Assembly: GCA_963693055.1 (NCBI GenBank)
Contig: OY843751.1
Location: forward strand, 128,001-192,000
Length of the DNA: 64,000 bases
Direction of reading: 5' to 3'
Source of the DNA: a bacterium
Lineage (GTDB): Bacteria; Zhuqueibacterota; Zhuqueibacteria; Residuimicrobiales; Krinioviventaceae
Below the pieces are notes generated by a model. The model was not told the origin of the DNA. It made no database searches and saw only the letters and a program-made list of their open reading frames with translations. The translations under genes were made by a program, and so were the position numbers. Within the stretch, counting starts at the first letter, position 1. The number at the start of each line of letters is the position of its first letter. Positions 40,090 to 50,502 of this stretch are shown piece after piece.

Positions 40090-41352
40090 CTAGATTAAAA
40101 ATGAAACAGTTAATACGGTAACCATCATCAGAATGAATCCCGGAAGTATGGCCTTGCGCAGTTCTTTGCTGCCTCCGGCCAGTACAATAATACCTTTGGT
40201 AAACGTATTGGACACGGAAGCAAAAACAATAGCGCGAACTGCAGTCTCGTGTGCCACACCGCCATCACTCAGACTCAGCCGTGCAACGGAAAGGGCAATG
40301 GCATCAACATCGGCAATACCTGAAACCAGACTTGCCAGATAGATACCCGTGTCTCCGAAATAAATCTGTGCGGCTTTGGCAACAAACAGAATGATAACAA
40401 AGATCAATCCGAATTTAATGGCAGGCCCCAGCTCAAAGGGATTCGAAAAGCTTGGCTGTTCCTGCTCGGATTCATAATGCTGTGAGCGATACAGGTACAG
40501 GCAGTATAAAAGTCCCGCTGCAATAGACGCGGTTATAGGTATCCAAAGAAAGGTAACCAGCGCACTGTTAACAGCCGCAACTTCAATCAAAACCCGGGCA
40601 AACATGACAGTCCATGCAATCAGAATAGCCAGGGCAAAGGGCTTTGCCAGAACAAGATTCTCTTTGCTTTTTTGTGTAAAACTAAGCGTAACCGCCGTAC
40701 TGGATGCGAGTCCACCCAGTAGTCCGGTAAGGCTTATGCCCTTGCGCGGACCAATCATTTTGATGAGTATATAACCCACAAAGCTGATACCCGAGATAAA
40801 TACCACCAATAACCAGATTTTATATGGATTAAATACATTAAATGGCTCCGGTCCATAAGACGAGTTGGGCAGTACCGGCAAAATGATCAGAGAAATGAAC
40901 GCAAATTTGAGCGTAGAGAAAATATCTGCCTGGGTCAGGTGTCTTGCAAAAGTATGCAGCTCTAATTTAAAGGATAGAAGGATGGTTGTTGCTACCCCAA
41001 TTGCAACCGCTATGGCAATATATCCCCAAAATGACAGGGCACCGGCGATGAGGGTAACCAGTGCTGCGGCCTCGGTTGTAAGACCTGAAACACCCCGCCA
41101 CGCCTGAATAAAGTGATTTACAGCCAATAATAAACCAACAATAACCAGGATGATCACCAAAGGCAAAGGAGAGTCCAATATGTCGGTCATCATTGCCGAG
41201 GTTGCACCAATCATGGCAAAAAGTGCAAAGGTACGAACGCCCGCAGCCAATTCTCCACGTTTGTCGCTAAAGGCATATTCCCGCTGTAATCCTATTAATA
41301 TGCCAATGGCAAGTGCGGCTGCAAAGCGCATCAGAGTACGGGTTGGGTCCAT
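40090..41352 (-). CDS. MgtC/SapB + DUF4010 membrane protein
   Basis: GILIGLQRE, AGVRTF, GLTTE, GGLASSTAVT, NPFEL. Confidence 0.9.
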   Translation of the reverse strand: MDPTRTLMRFAAALAIGILIGLQREYAFSDKRGELAAGVRTFALFAMIGATSAMMTDILDSPLPLVIILVIVGLLLAVNHFIQAWRGVSGLTTEAAALVTLIAGALSFWGYIAIAVAIGVATTILLSFKLELHTFARHLTQADIFSTLKFAFISLIILPVLPNSSYGPEPFNVFNPYKIWLLVVFISGISFVGYILIKMIGPRKGISLTGLLGGLASSTAVTLSFTQKSKENLVLAKPFALAILIAWTVMFARVLIEVAAVNSALVTFLWIPITASIAAGLLYCLYLYRSQHYESEQEQPSFSNPFELGPAIKFGLIFVIILFVAKAAQIYFGDTGIYLASLVSGIADVDAIALSVARLSLSDGGVAHETAVRAIVFASVSNTFTKGIIVLAGGSKELRKAILPGFILMMVTVLTVSFLI

Positions 41353-41361
41353 CTTTGCCTC

Positions 41362-42201
41362 TTAATCCTTAATTTGAATATCGGCAGTTTTTTTGACTGT
41401 ATCTACCCAAGCTGCAATATGATCGTCTTTGAGATCCGTAGCGAGCCTGTCAAGTATATCATCACGACAGTCTTTTAAGGGTTTTTCACTGGCCGGAAAT
41501 TTTTCATAAACTTTGGCAATGTGGTATCCAAACTGGGTCAAAAAGATGGGAGAAACTTCACCCTCGTTCATGGAAAAAACAACGGTATCAAATTCTTCTA
41601 CCATTTGACCGGGAGCAAAGGTACCCAGATCACCGCCATTGTCGTCGCAGGAAGAATGCTGATCAGCAATATCAGAGAATTCCGCGCCGTTCAGCAGTTT
41701 GGTACGGATTTCAAGCATTTCTTTGTACAATTCGCGGGCATTTCTGGGATCAACCGGTCGAACAATATGAGCAGCATGGATCTGTTCAGGATTTGTAAAT
41801 TCTTCAGTGTGTTCGTTATAATAGGCTTCTATGGCTTTGTCATCCGGTTCCTGTACATCCTTGGTCAGGTCCGTTAAAAATTGGGTTACTTTGATGTTGG
41901 TCTCGAGATCTGTTTTGACCTTGTTATCATCCTTGGGGGTTATGTTGAAACTCGAGTAAAATTGTTCATCGCCACCATGGCTGGCTTTGAGCTCCTGAAG
42001 CGCCTTGTCTATTTCAGCAGGGGGAACGTGTTTTATCGTTTTTGTGGCCTGCTGCCGGATGATGGTCCAGTCTATAATATTTTGAGAAGCGATCTCTTTG
42101 ATTTGATCGTCCGGCAGTTCGCGATTGCTGCGCCATACATTCTGTACTTCCTGATTGCATATCTCTTTGGCTATGATTTCGCCATTTACAATAATTTCCA
42201 T
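41362..42201 (-). CDS. PpiC/parvulin-type peptidyl-prolyl isomerase
   Basis: HAAHIV, GGDLGTF..GQMVEEFD, TQFGYHI. Confidence 0.9.
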   Translation of the reverse strand: MEIIVNGEIIAKEICNQEVQNVWRSNRELPDDQIKEIASQNIIDWTIIRQQATKTIKHVPPAEIDKALQELKASHGGDEQFYSSFNITPKDDNKVKTDLETNIKVTQFLTDLTKDVQEPDDKAIEAYYNEHTEEFTNPEQIHAAHIVRPVDPRNARELYKEMLEIRTKLLNGAEFSDIADQHSSCDDNGGDLGTFAPGQMVEEFDTVVFSMNEGEVSPIFLTQFGYHIAKVYEKFPASEKPLKDCRDDILDRLATDLKDDHIAAWVDTVKKTADIQIKD

Positions 42202-42274
42202 TCTCTGCTCCGTAAATTCTGATTGCGGAATAGTATCAATGTGTTATCAATATTCCTGACAGGGTAAATAGATC

Positions 42275-42754
42275 TTAATCTTCAACTTCAATGACTTTGG
42301 TATTGGCAAGCTGGTCACCCCAGCGAGATCCATCCGGGCGGGTGACGATAAAAACAATTTCTACAACAAACGCTCCAATTACCAAAAGGATAACAAGCGG
42401 AATAAGCGCTATACCCACAATGGATACAATCAAAAGCAGTGTAACAACAGAACTGAGCAAGATTGCCGCGGCAAAGATCCAGTTACGTCTGATAGATTTG
42501 TTTAAATCCATCTCTGTATCATCTGTTGTAACAACACGGAGTTTCATCAATTTCTTGCCTATTGAACGTTTATCCATAAATTCAAAATCTAATCCGTCTC
42601 TTAGCAGCATATAAGCAGCGCCCAAAAATCCGCCAATTAACGGAATGAGACAGGCTGCATACGCAATAAGCGAGTCAATTATTGCTGCAATAAAGCGTTT
42701 TCCCAGGTCAGCTTTAACGCTTTCAGGTTCTTTCGCAGTGGTTTTGGCTGGCAT
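42275..42754 (-). CDS. RDD family membrane protein
   Basis: KRFIAAIID, SIGKKLMKLRVV, RWGDQLANTKV. Confidence 0.9.
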   Translation of the reverse strand: MPAKTTAKEPESVKADLGKRFIAAIIDSLIAYAACLIPLIGGFLGAAYMLLRDGLDFEFMDKRSIGKKLMKLRVVTTDDTEMDLNKSIRRNWIFAAAILLSSVVTLLLIVSIVGIALIPLVILLVIGAFVVEIVFIVTRPDGSRWGDQLANTKVIEVED

Positions 42755-42787
42755 GTATTTTCTCCTGTATTAAAATTAACAAATTAA

Positions 42788-42878
42788 TTGCGACATTGCG
42801 ACATAGAGAATGTCTCGAAAATGTGAAAAACTTGATTTTTGCTAAATAATTGCGACATAAATTATCACTTATGTCGCA
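42788..42878. repeat. Cluster of TGCGACAT boxes
   Basis: TTGCGACAT at 42788, 42796 and 42850; inverted TTATGTCGCA at 42869-42878. Confidence 0.75.
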
Positions 42879-44362
42879 TTGTATTCATAAAATGTGCTTG
42901 GACCATTGCCTTTACGAGTTATTAATCCAAGACTTACCATGTGAGACAAATGCCTTTCAGCTTTTTTTCTGTCATATTTAAAAAAAGTTTCATAATCATT
43001 TCTTTTTAATCTACCTTTTAACTTTATAAAATCTAATCCAATAATTTCTTCATCGTTTAGTTCTTTAAATTGTTTATTTTCAGAAACGATTCTTGCACTT
43101 TTTTTATTTCTTGGGAAATGAAAAATTAAATATGGATCTTGGAAACTAGTTATTGGTAATGGCAAGTTATACTTGAGGGGTAAATCTTTAATAGTTTGAA
43201 AACCCAAGCCTCTTTGTTCAACAAGATCAAGTTGATCGAATGCATACATGATCTTTGGATTTCGACTTAGTGAGGGAGCGTTAAATTGTTTAAATTGTTC
43301 AAGATTTAATGGTGGAACAGGATGCCCAGGGCTTTTAATGATGATGGAATTATCATTAATCTCAAAGTATATTGGTGCGCCTTCGATATCATAGTCTCTA
43401 TGTACAATTGCATTTATTATCGTTTCACGAAGTACGCTTTCCGGGTAATCATAAATAAATTTTCTCTCGGGTTTTGATCGGTCAATTTGTTTTGCAATTT
43501 TATCTTTATACCAGTCAAAAATTTTATGAACTTGATTTACAAGAGATCCTTCTATAGTAGTGATGTCTTCACTACGACCTTTAGTTTTAAAAGTTGCTCT
43601 TATGAGAGCGTTGTTATAGAGTAATTGTGGTCTTTTACCGAATAACAATAGTCCTATTCCGGTCGGAATATTAACTCCTTTTTTATTTTCGATAAATCCC
43701 ATTTGCGAAAAAATTTCAATGAATTCATCGGATTGGGGAGATACATCAAGTTTTGCTTTATAAATAAAATGATCAATTTCAGACGGTGAAAAGTTTTCCA
43801 TATTAGAGTTCTTGACTGCTAATTCCTTGTTGCTAAGAACTTTTTTGGAGGGCTTTGATTTTATTTTTTTAGCTCTTTCTTCCGCTTCTTTTATAAAATG
43901 TTTATTTGATTTGCGGATTTTTTCTTGTAAATCAAGATCAAACATTTCTACCTGGATTCCATTTTCAAGTAGATAATTTATCCCTTTTCTATCTACAGTA
44001 GGATCAGGGTCTTCAATGCCAATCCAAACTTTTTTTATACGTGCATTAACAATTCTTTCTGCGCAGCTCAATTTGGGGTGATTTCTTGCTCCAGGAGCAC
44101 ATGGTTCCAGTGTTACAAATAAAAGTGAACCATCTAATTTATTTGCTCTATTCTTCCTTTCGAGTAAGGTAAATTCAGCGTGATCACCCTCTCGCAATTC
44201 TCCCCGATAAGCTTTTTCTATGTCTCCATTTGGTTTTACTAATACAGCCCCTACTTGTGGACATGTTTTATCGTCTCTTGGTTCGTGAATAGATAAATCC
44301 ATTGTTTGAGTGGCCATTTCCATATAATCTCTTGGTGAATAAGTATTATTTTTACTTTGCAA
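42869..44362 (-). CDS. Fusion of Zn-dependent deaminase (RibD/dCMP type), HATPase_c_4 (RecG C-terminal-like) and winged HTH
   Basis: HAE...VTLEPC-x11-C...EDPDP; LRETIINAIVHRDY, SRNPKI, VEQRGLGF; C-terminal AERHLSHMVSLGLITRKGNGPSTFY; AT-rich. Confidence 0.85.
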   Translation of the reverse strand: MQSKNNTYSPRDYMEMATQTMDLSIHEPRDDKTCPQVGAVLVKPNGDIEKAYRGELREGDHAEFTLLERKNRANKLDGSLLFVTLEPCAPGARNHPKLSCAERIVNARIKKVWIGIEDPDPTVDRKGINYLLENGIQVEMFDLDLQEKIRKSNKHFIKEAEERAKKIKSKPSKKVLSNKELAVKNSNMENFSPSEIDHFIYKAKLDVSPQSDEFIEIFSQMGFIENKKGVNIPTGIGLLLFGKRPQLLYNNALIRATFKTKGRSEDITTIEGSLVNQVHKIFDWYKDKIAKQIDRSKPERKFIYDYPESVLRETIINAIVHRDYDIEGAPIYFEINDNSIIIKSPGHPVPPLNLEQFKQFNAPSLSRNPKIMYAFDQLDLVEQRGLGFQTIKDLPLKYNLPLPITSFQDPYLIFHFPRNKKSARIVSENKQFKELNDEEIIGLDFIKLKGRLKRNDYETFFKYDRKKAERHLSHMVSLGLITRKGNGPSTFYEYNAT

Positions 44363-44542
44363 TATTCTACCTTAATTTGAAATGTTCCCTGATCATACTT
44401 TTCTAACCAAATTGTTTGTTTTTGTTATATATTTCACTACTATTAGTACGTAAATGTTGGAATGTTCCGTATTTACAAGGTGTTCTGTACTTACAATACA
44501 AAAAAAAATACTTTTTCGCAAAGCGAATTTTCAGGAGGTTAC

Positions 44543-45376
44543 ATGAAAAAAAGAATCTGGATCCTGGCGGTTGTTATAGCCGCGGGACTACTGGCAAGTT
44601 GTGCCGCATTGCAGGAAATGGTGCAAGCTCCCACCGTTCGGGTTGGCAATGTTGCTATGAATGATTTTACATTCCAGGATGTAACGCTCGATTTTGGCCT
44701 GGATGTGAATAATCCCAATGTCTTTGGTGTAGAGTTGTTAGGGTTTGATTATCAATTTGTTATTGAAGATAACGAGTTCTTGAAAGGCACCGAAGACAAA
44801 ACCCTGAGCATTACTCCGCAATCCAAGAGCACGGTTAATATACCCATCAAGATCAATTTTAAGGAATTGTATTCTCTCCTGACCAAGGTCAAAGATTTGG
44901 ATTCGCTTTCTTATCACCTGACCGGGAATTTTAAACCCGGTGGTTTACTTGCGGGGGTAAATATTCCTTTTAATAAAAAAGGAACCTTGCCCAATGTACG
45001 TGTGCCCAAGATCAGCCTAAAAGGTGTGAAAATTGATAAAATGGGTTTTTCAGGGGTAGATCTTGCCGTAAATCTGGGGATTGAAAATATCAACTCTTTT
45101 GCGTTCAACCTGGGCAAACTGGATTATAACATCAGCCTGGGCGGCAATTCAGTAGCAACCGGCATGACAGACAAACTGGCAGAAATACCAGCAAAACAGA
45201 GTGGACAAGTCAGCATTCCCTTGTCACTTAACCTGTCAGGGCTTTCATCATTATATTCATTGCTAACAGGCAAGTCTGTAGATTGTGGAATTGTGGGAAG
45301 CGCGCAATTGAACAGCCCCCTGGGAGCATTTACATTGCCTATTGATGCATCGCAGAATGTGAAAATTTTTAAATAA
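44543..45376 (+). CDS. LEA type 2 (WHy) two-domain lipoprotein
   Basis: LASC lipobox; VNNPN and IENIN repeats; SD GGAGG before ATG 44543. Confidence 0.85.
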   Translation: MKKRIWILAVVIAAGLLASCAALQEMVQAPTVRVGNVAMNDFTFQDVTLDFGLDVNNPNVFGVELLGFDYQFVIEDNEFLKGTEDKTLSITPQSKSTVNIPIKINFKELYSLLTKVKDLDSLSYHLTGNFKPGGLLAGVNIPFNKKGTLPNVRVPKISLKGVKIDKMGFSGVDLAVNLGIENINSFAFNLGKLDYNISLGGNSVATGMTDKLAEIPAKQSGQVSIPLSLNLSGLSSLYSLLTGKSVDCGIVGSAQLNSPLGAFTLPIDASQNVKIFK

Positions 45377-46547
45377 TATCAAAAAAGTGTTCACAAACAG
45401 AATCGTATAACAACAGTCCCTGGCGGGTCAATGCCAGGGATTTTTTATTTAGAGTCAATAATTTGCCAGTGGGAGATTGTACAAAGGGTTTGGTATCGCT
45501 GTCTATCCCTCCAAGGCGGGTAATCACATCCGCAGCTTTTGTTTGCAATTCATAACCGGCAAGATTTTGCCAGGCTTTCATGGATATGCCAGTCGTTCTA
45601 CGCAAACCCAGCAGTATCATTTCTTCCAGACGCTGTTCGTGGGTAAGGATTTCATTATTCTCTATAACAGATATGCTTTTTTGCAGGCTGGCATTGTATT
45701 GATGAAAATTGGCAATGTTCCACCAACGGGCATTGCCGTCAAAGGAATGGGCAGATGGTCCCAATCCATAATAAGTCGATCCATCCCAATATTTTTGATT
45801 ATGTCTGGATTCCATACCCGGTTTTGCCAGGTTTGAAATCTCGTACAAGTGGTATCCATGTTTTTCCAGAATATCTGTTCCCAGAATGTACATGTCCCGC
45901 TCAAGTTCTTCGTCGCATTTGTATAATGTACGGTTTCGGATAGCTTTGTCGAGCGGTGTTCCTTGTTCAACAGTAAGACCATACATGGAGATGTGATCAG
46001 GTGCCAGTTCTACTGCCTTTAATATATTGTTTTCCCAACTGGAACGACTCTGGTCGGGTATGCCAAAAATGAGATCAATGCCAATGTTTTTGAATCCCGC
46101 ATTTCTCGCCTTTTGGATTGCAGAGACAGCCTGTTCGCTGTTGTGTATGCGGCTCAGGATTTTCAATTCATCATCCTGAAAGGATTGTGTACCTATGGTT
46201 ATGCGATTGAATCCGGCATTTAAAAAATCTACCAGATTTGCATCCAACAGTGTGCCGGGATTGGCTTCAAAAGAGATTTCACAATCCAGAGTTGTATTGG
46301 TTTGGCTCTTGATACGTTCAAGTATGGATTTATAGATTGACGGACCAATCAGAGAAGGTGTACCGCCTCCAAAATAAATAGTAGAGACTGAATGATCTTT
46401 GATATTGTCAAGAACCTGTTCCAACTCAATGTTTAAGGATTTTATGAATGTGGCTGTATTACCCAGACTCGTGATAGAGTAAAAGTCACAATAAATGCAT
46501 TTGTGCTTGCAAAAGGGGATGTGAAAATATAGAGAAACACTGCTCAT
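45369..46547 (-). CDS. hemW: Radical SAM heme chaperone HemW
   Basis: LYFHIPFCKHKCIYCDF, GGGTPS, HNQKYW; start ATG 46547. Confidence 0.92.
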   Translation of the reverse strand: MSSVSLYFHIPFCKHKCIYCDFYSITSLGNTATFIKSLNIELEQVLDNIKDHSVSTIYFGGGTPSLIGPSIYKSILERIKSQTNTTLDCEISFEANPGTLLDANLVDFLNAGFNRITIGTQSFQDDELKILSRIHNSEQAVSAIQKARNAGFKNIGIDLIFGIPDQSRSSWENNILKAVELAPDHISMYGLTVEQGTPLDKAIRNRTLYKCDEELERDMYILGTDILEKHGYHLYEISNLAKPGMESRHNQKYWDGSTYYGLGPSAHSFDGNARWWNIANFHQYNASLQKSISVIENNEILTHEQRLEEMILLGLRRTTGISMKAWQNLAGYELQTKAADVITRLGGIDSDTKPFVQSPTGKLLTLNKKSLALTRQGLLLYDSVCEHFFDII

Positions 46548-46551
46548 CAGG

Positions 46552-47274
46552 CTATCGGATGACGTCAAAAATGCGGTTCCAGCGAATTTTTGATGTAATT
46601 TTCCAAAGCGGTTCGTGCATATTCCAGGACCAATAGATAACCAGTGCCTCGCCCACAATATTTTCCTTGGGCATAAATCCCCAGATCCGGCTGTCTGCAC
46701 TATTGTCCCGATTATCTCCCATCATAAAGTATTGGCCTTCAGGGACAACTATGGGGCCATAATATCTGCTACTGGGCGTTATACCGGCGTATTTACGGAT
46801 TGTATATTCTTTACCCAATACGGTTTTGATTTTAAAATAATTGATGTAAATTCCTTCTTCGGCATCAAATTCTTTGTGTGTGAATTCCTGTTTCTCATAA
46901 GGCTTGTGATTAAGGAAAACAATGCCGTCCATAACCTGAACAGTATCTCCTTCTAGGGCCACGCACCTTTTGATATAATCCAGAGATTCATCTTTAGGGT
47001 ATTTGAATACAATAATATCTCCCCGTTTGGGTTTTTTCAAGGCGGGAAAGCGAAAAGATGGGAGTTTAATATCGGTCATCATGATGTGTTCAGGAGTCTG
47101 TGCACCATAAACAAATTTATTAACAAGGAGAAAATCGCCAATAAGGAGAGTATCTTTCATAGAACCGGTTGGAATTCGAAATGCCTGAATGACAAAAGCC
47201 CGAAGAACAAGCGCTGCTACAATGGCAAACACAAAAGCTTCAATATATTCCCGAATGACATTTTTCTTGCTCAT
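46552..47274 (-). CDS. lepB: Signal peptidase I, copy 2
   Basis: IPTGSM (Ser), YIKRC (Lys), GDNRDNSADSR. Confidence 0.95.
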   Translation of the reverse strand: MSKKNVIREYIEAFVFAIVAALVLRAFVIQAFRIPTGSMKDTLLIGDFLLVNKFVYGAQTPEHIMMTDIKLPSFRFPALKKPKRGDIIVFKYPKDESLDYIKRCVALEGDTVQVMDGIVFLNHKPYEKQEFTHKEFDAEEGIYINYFKIKTVLGKEYTIRKYAGITPSSRYYGPIVVPEGQYFMMGDNRDNSADSRIWGFMPKENIVGEALVIYWSWNMHEPLWKITSKIRWNRIFDVIR

Positions 47275-47330
47275 TTGACCTCGTTTTTAAAACCATAAAT
47301 AAATCAAATTTTGTCTAAAAAACAAGCGAT

Positions 47331-47363
47331 AAAAAAAAGGGCGACAATTGCTTGCCGCCCTTT
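47331..47363 (-). terminator. Intrinsic terminator between the two lepB copies
   Basis: Minus strand: AAAGGGCGGCAA...TTGTCGCCC followed by T8. Confidence 0.78.
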
Positions 47364-47382
47364 AAGCTTATTTAAAAATTTA

Positions 47383-48108
47383 TCAACGGATCACGTCAAA
47401 AATACGTTCCCATCGTACTTTGGAAACAATCTTCCACAGAGGCGGAAACTTGTCCCAGGACCAGTAGATAATCAGCGCCTCGCCCACAATGTTTTCCATG
47501 GGCATAAATCCCCATACACGGCTGTCTGCACTGTTGTCGCGGTTGTCTCCCATCATGAATAAATGATTTTCAGGAACGACTACCGGTCCAAAATCAGCAA
47601 GCCTGGATTTGTATTTAGCATAGCGGCGAATGGTATATTCTTTACCCAATGACGTCTTGACCGAGTAATAGTTGACTTCAAAACGGTCTTCGGGATCATA
47701 TTCTTTTTTCTGAAATTCTGCCGTTTCGTAAGGTTTGTTGTTTAGAAACACGATATTATTTTTGACTTCTATGGTGTCTCCGGCAAGGGCTACACAGCGT
47801 TTGATGTAATTCAATTTTTTGTCGCGTGGATATTGAAAAACAACAATATCACCACGTTTGGGTTGTTTAACAGCGGGAAATCGAAAAGAGGGAAGCTGTA
47901 TATCGGTAAGTATGATACGGTCCGGAGTTTTGGCCCCGTAAACAAATTTGTTTACCAGCAAAAAGTCACCCACCAAAAGTGTATCTTTCATGGAGCCTGT
48001 AGGGATTCTATAAGATTGGATAATGACTGCCCGGATCAGTAATGCAACAATCAATGCAAACGCAAAAGACTCTACATAATCTCGAATAACATTTTTCTTT
48101 TTCATCAT
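47383..48108 (-). CDS. lepB: Signal peptidase I, copy 1
   Basis: Same catalytic motifs; tandem paralog. Confidence 0.95.
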   Translation of the reverse strand: MMKKKNVIRDYVESFAFALIVALLIRAVIIQSYRIPTGSMKDTLLVGDFLLVNKFVYGAKTPDRIILTDIQLPSFRFPAVKQPKRGDIVVFQYPRDKKLNYIKRCVALAGDTIEVKNNIVFLNNKPYETAEFQKKEYDPEDRFEVNYYSVKTSLGKEYTIRRYAKYKSRLADFGPVVVPENHLFMMGDNRDNSADSRVWGFMPMENIVGEALIIYWSWDKFPPLWKIVSKVRWERIFDVIR

Positions 48109-48112
48109 TCCT

Positions 48113-49738
48113 CTAAAAACATTCTTTTATTTTAACAATTTGTTTTTTTGCAATTGTTGATGTAGCTAAAAATGTAACAATAGACAAGATAATCATAATT
48201 ATTAAAGCAAACCAGGTGTTTATTGCAGTCAAAACAACACCGGTTAATACCAAAATACCGGTATACAACAAGATGGATACATTCAACAAAACGCCACCGG
48301 TTTCACCCAGCATAGCCCGTGGATTGTCCCATTTTAATTGCGAGTATTTTACACCTATCAATAATCCAATTCCGGTAATGGCAGCAATATGAAATAACAG
48401 AAAAACAGTAATTTGTGCAATAATAATCAGCGAGGGTCTGCTAATAATAGAAATTGTAAGCAACCCGATGGATACTGCTAAAAAAGTCAATATTGCGGGT
48501 AAAACTTTTTTTGATTGCAGCAGAAAAGAAAACGGCAGCGGGCAAATCAAATTGTTGTAAAACGCTTTTTTCTCAATTGCAATGGATCGTGATGCAAGTC
48601 CGCCAGCCATAATTGTTGCTGCAAGTATCAGTAATGTAAACGGTTGGTAGTGGCTAATAGTTTCATTTGTAATGGGCAGGGTTGTGTTCAGTGCCGTGGA
48701 AAACACAATCACCAATGCAACAAAAAAGAACAGTTGCGTTACAAAACGGCTATCACGGATGTTGAGTTTCCAGTCCCGTTCTATCAATGCGGTAAAGACC
48801 TTGTGGCTTTTACTGTGGGATATATCTCTGGTTCTCTTTACCGATTGATGTGGAAACATTGCAGTTTCTGAAAAAATAAATTTTTCGTTTTCATGCGCAT
48901 ATTGTAGCAACCAGGAGGATATATAGCCCAGCAGAATACATGTCATAGTCAGCAAGCCTGCAAAAAGGATGAAATGAGTAATTGAACCTAATAACAGAGC
49001 TTTTAACGATAAAACCAGCCAGACAGAAGGCATCCAGCTCATTTGCCGGATTGAATTGTTACCTAAAAAGTGCTCAAAAATGTCTCGATCAAACTCGCCC
49101 GAAAATGGATCAATGCGGTCAAAATTATAAAACTGGATCAGGGTCCAAATTCCAATAATTATGAATCCCAATACGATTGAAGATACCTGGCGGCTTTTTT
49201 TTACCGGAAGGATAAAAGCAATTAACGCTGACAACAGGGAAGAGATGCCGGAAGGGATAACCAGGAAAACAGCAATCAATATCAGAATAGGTATCAGATA
49301 AACCAGATTATAGTTTAAAACATAAAACAGTGCTAAAAGTATTGGCAATCCAATCAAGGCGAACGCAGTGCTATTGGCAAGAGTCTGTTCAAATAGTTTG
49401 TATTGAAACAAGGTTGTTTTTTTGACAGGCAATGAAAACAACAGCGGTAGATCTTTGGCCAAAAAGTGATAATGCAGAGCCAATGGTATTCCGCTAAAGA
49501 TCATGAGAAAAAACAAGCCGGTAATACTGAGAAGCGTATAGTTGTAAATGATATCAATTTTAAATCCGGGTAGCATCGTCCAGCTGGAAAAGAGTTCAAC
49601 AGTAGATTGATATACCCACCAGGGAATGAATAACAGCAAGAGCGAGCGAAGAACACGACTGCGATAGTTGGGAGCATTTTTTTTACGAAGAAAAGCGGTT
49701 AGCAGCAATAATCTGTTTTTTATCAGAACAAACAGCAT
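48113..49738 (-). CDS. Putative ABC-2-type exporter permease
   Basis: Multi-TM; DLPLLFSLPV; coupled to the ABC ATPase. Confidence 0.8.
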   Translation of the reverse strand: MLFVLIKNRLLLLTAFLRKKNAPNYRSRVLRSLLLLFIPWWVYQSTVELFSSWTMLPGFKIDIIYNYTLLSITGLFFLMIFSGIPLALHYHFLAKDLPLLFSLPVKKTTLFQYKLFEQTLANSTAFALIGLPILLALFYVLNYNLVYLIPILILIAVFLVIPSGISSLLSALIAFILPVKKSRQVSSIVLGFIIIGIWTLIQFYNFDRIDPFSGEFDRDIFEHFLGNNSIRQMSWMPSVWLVLSLKALLLGSITHFILFAGLLTMTCILLGYISSWLLQYAHENEKFIFSETAMFPHQSVKRTRDISHSKSHKVFTALIERDWKLNIRDSRFVTQLFFFVALVIVFSTALNTTLPITNETISHYQPFTLLILAATIMAGGLASRSIAIEKKAFYNNLICPLPFSFLLQSKKVLPAILTFLAVSIGLLTISIISRPSLIIIAQITVFLLFHIAAITGIGLLIGVKYSQLKWDNPRAMLGETGGVLLNVSILLYTGILVLTGVVLTAINTWFALIIMIILSIVTFLATSTIAKKQIVKIKECF

Positions 49739-49739
49739 T

Positions 49740-50498
49740 TTATAGCTCGCTGTTCAGAAATGAATGTACACTGTCACTACCTGCTGAATCTGTAAGGTCC
49801 AGAAACAGATCTTCAAGAGTACCGTTGTTAGAATATTGGTTGCGCAATTCCGCGGGTGTGCCCAGGGCAACAAGTTCGCCTTTGTTAATAATACCAATTC
49901 TGTCACACATGGATTCAGCAATTTCTAAAATATGCGTAGACATGAAAACGGTCCGGCCTTTTTCAACCCACCCCTTTAACAAGTCTTTCAGGTTTCTGAC
50001 GGCCTTGGGGTCCAGTCCGGATGTGGGTTCATCTAAAATCAATACCTGGGGATCGTGAATCAGCGCGGCAACAATGGCAATTTTTTGCTTCATGCCGTGC
50101 GAATAGTCTTCTATAAAGTCACCCACTCGCTCCTGAATGTTGAAAATGTCGAACAACTGCTGCATACGGATTTCAATAAGGGAGTGAGGGACTTTATGCA
50201 GGGTTGCAATAAACCGAATATACTCAATGCCAGTGAGCTTTTCATAGAGGAACGGTTCTTCCGGCACCAAGCCAAACTTGGCCTTGGCAGTTTCCGGATA
50301 TTGAAGCATATCAATGCCACCGATCTCGATAGCCCCCTGTGAAGGCTGGATAAGACCTGTCATCATTTTTATGGTAGTGGTTTTGCCTGCCCCATTGGGA
50401 CCCAAAAATACAAAAAGCTCATTGTTGATTTCCAGGTCCAGATTGTTTACCGCGGCAACTTTACCATATGATTTATATAAATTTGACAGTTTAATCAT
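49740..50498 (-). CDS. ABC transporter ATP-binding protein
   Basis: GPNGAGKTT, YSHGMKQK, LDEPTSGLD. Confidence 0.95.
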   Translation of the reverse strand: MIKLSNLYKSYGKVAAVNNLDLEINNELFVFLGPNGAGKTTTIKMMTGLIQPSQGAIEIGGIDMLQYPETAKAKFGLVPEEPFLYEKLTGIEYIRFIATLHKVPHSLIEIRMQQLFDIFNIQERVGDFIEDYSHGMKQKIAIVAALIHDPQVLILDEPTSGLDPKAVRNLKDLLKGWVEKGRTVFMSTHILEIAESMCDRIGIINKGELVALGTPAELRNQYSNNGTLEDLFLDLTDSAGSDSVHSFLNSEL

Positions 50499-50502
50499 TA
50501 GC

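Noticed and set aside
42869-44362. Riboflavin biosynthesis ribD
   Set aside because: There is no reductase domain or rib gene context; the C-terminal part is HATPase_c_4 plus wHTH.
46548-46700. N-terminal extension of HemW overlapping lepB
   Set aside because: Artefact of the longest-ORF call; family similarity begins at ATG 46547.
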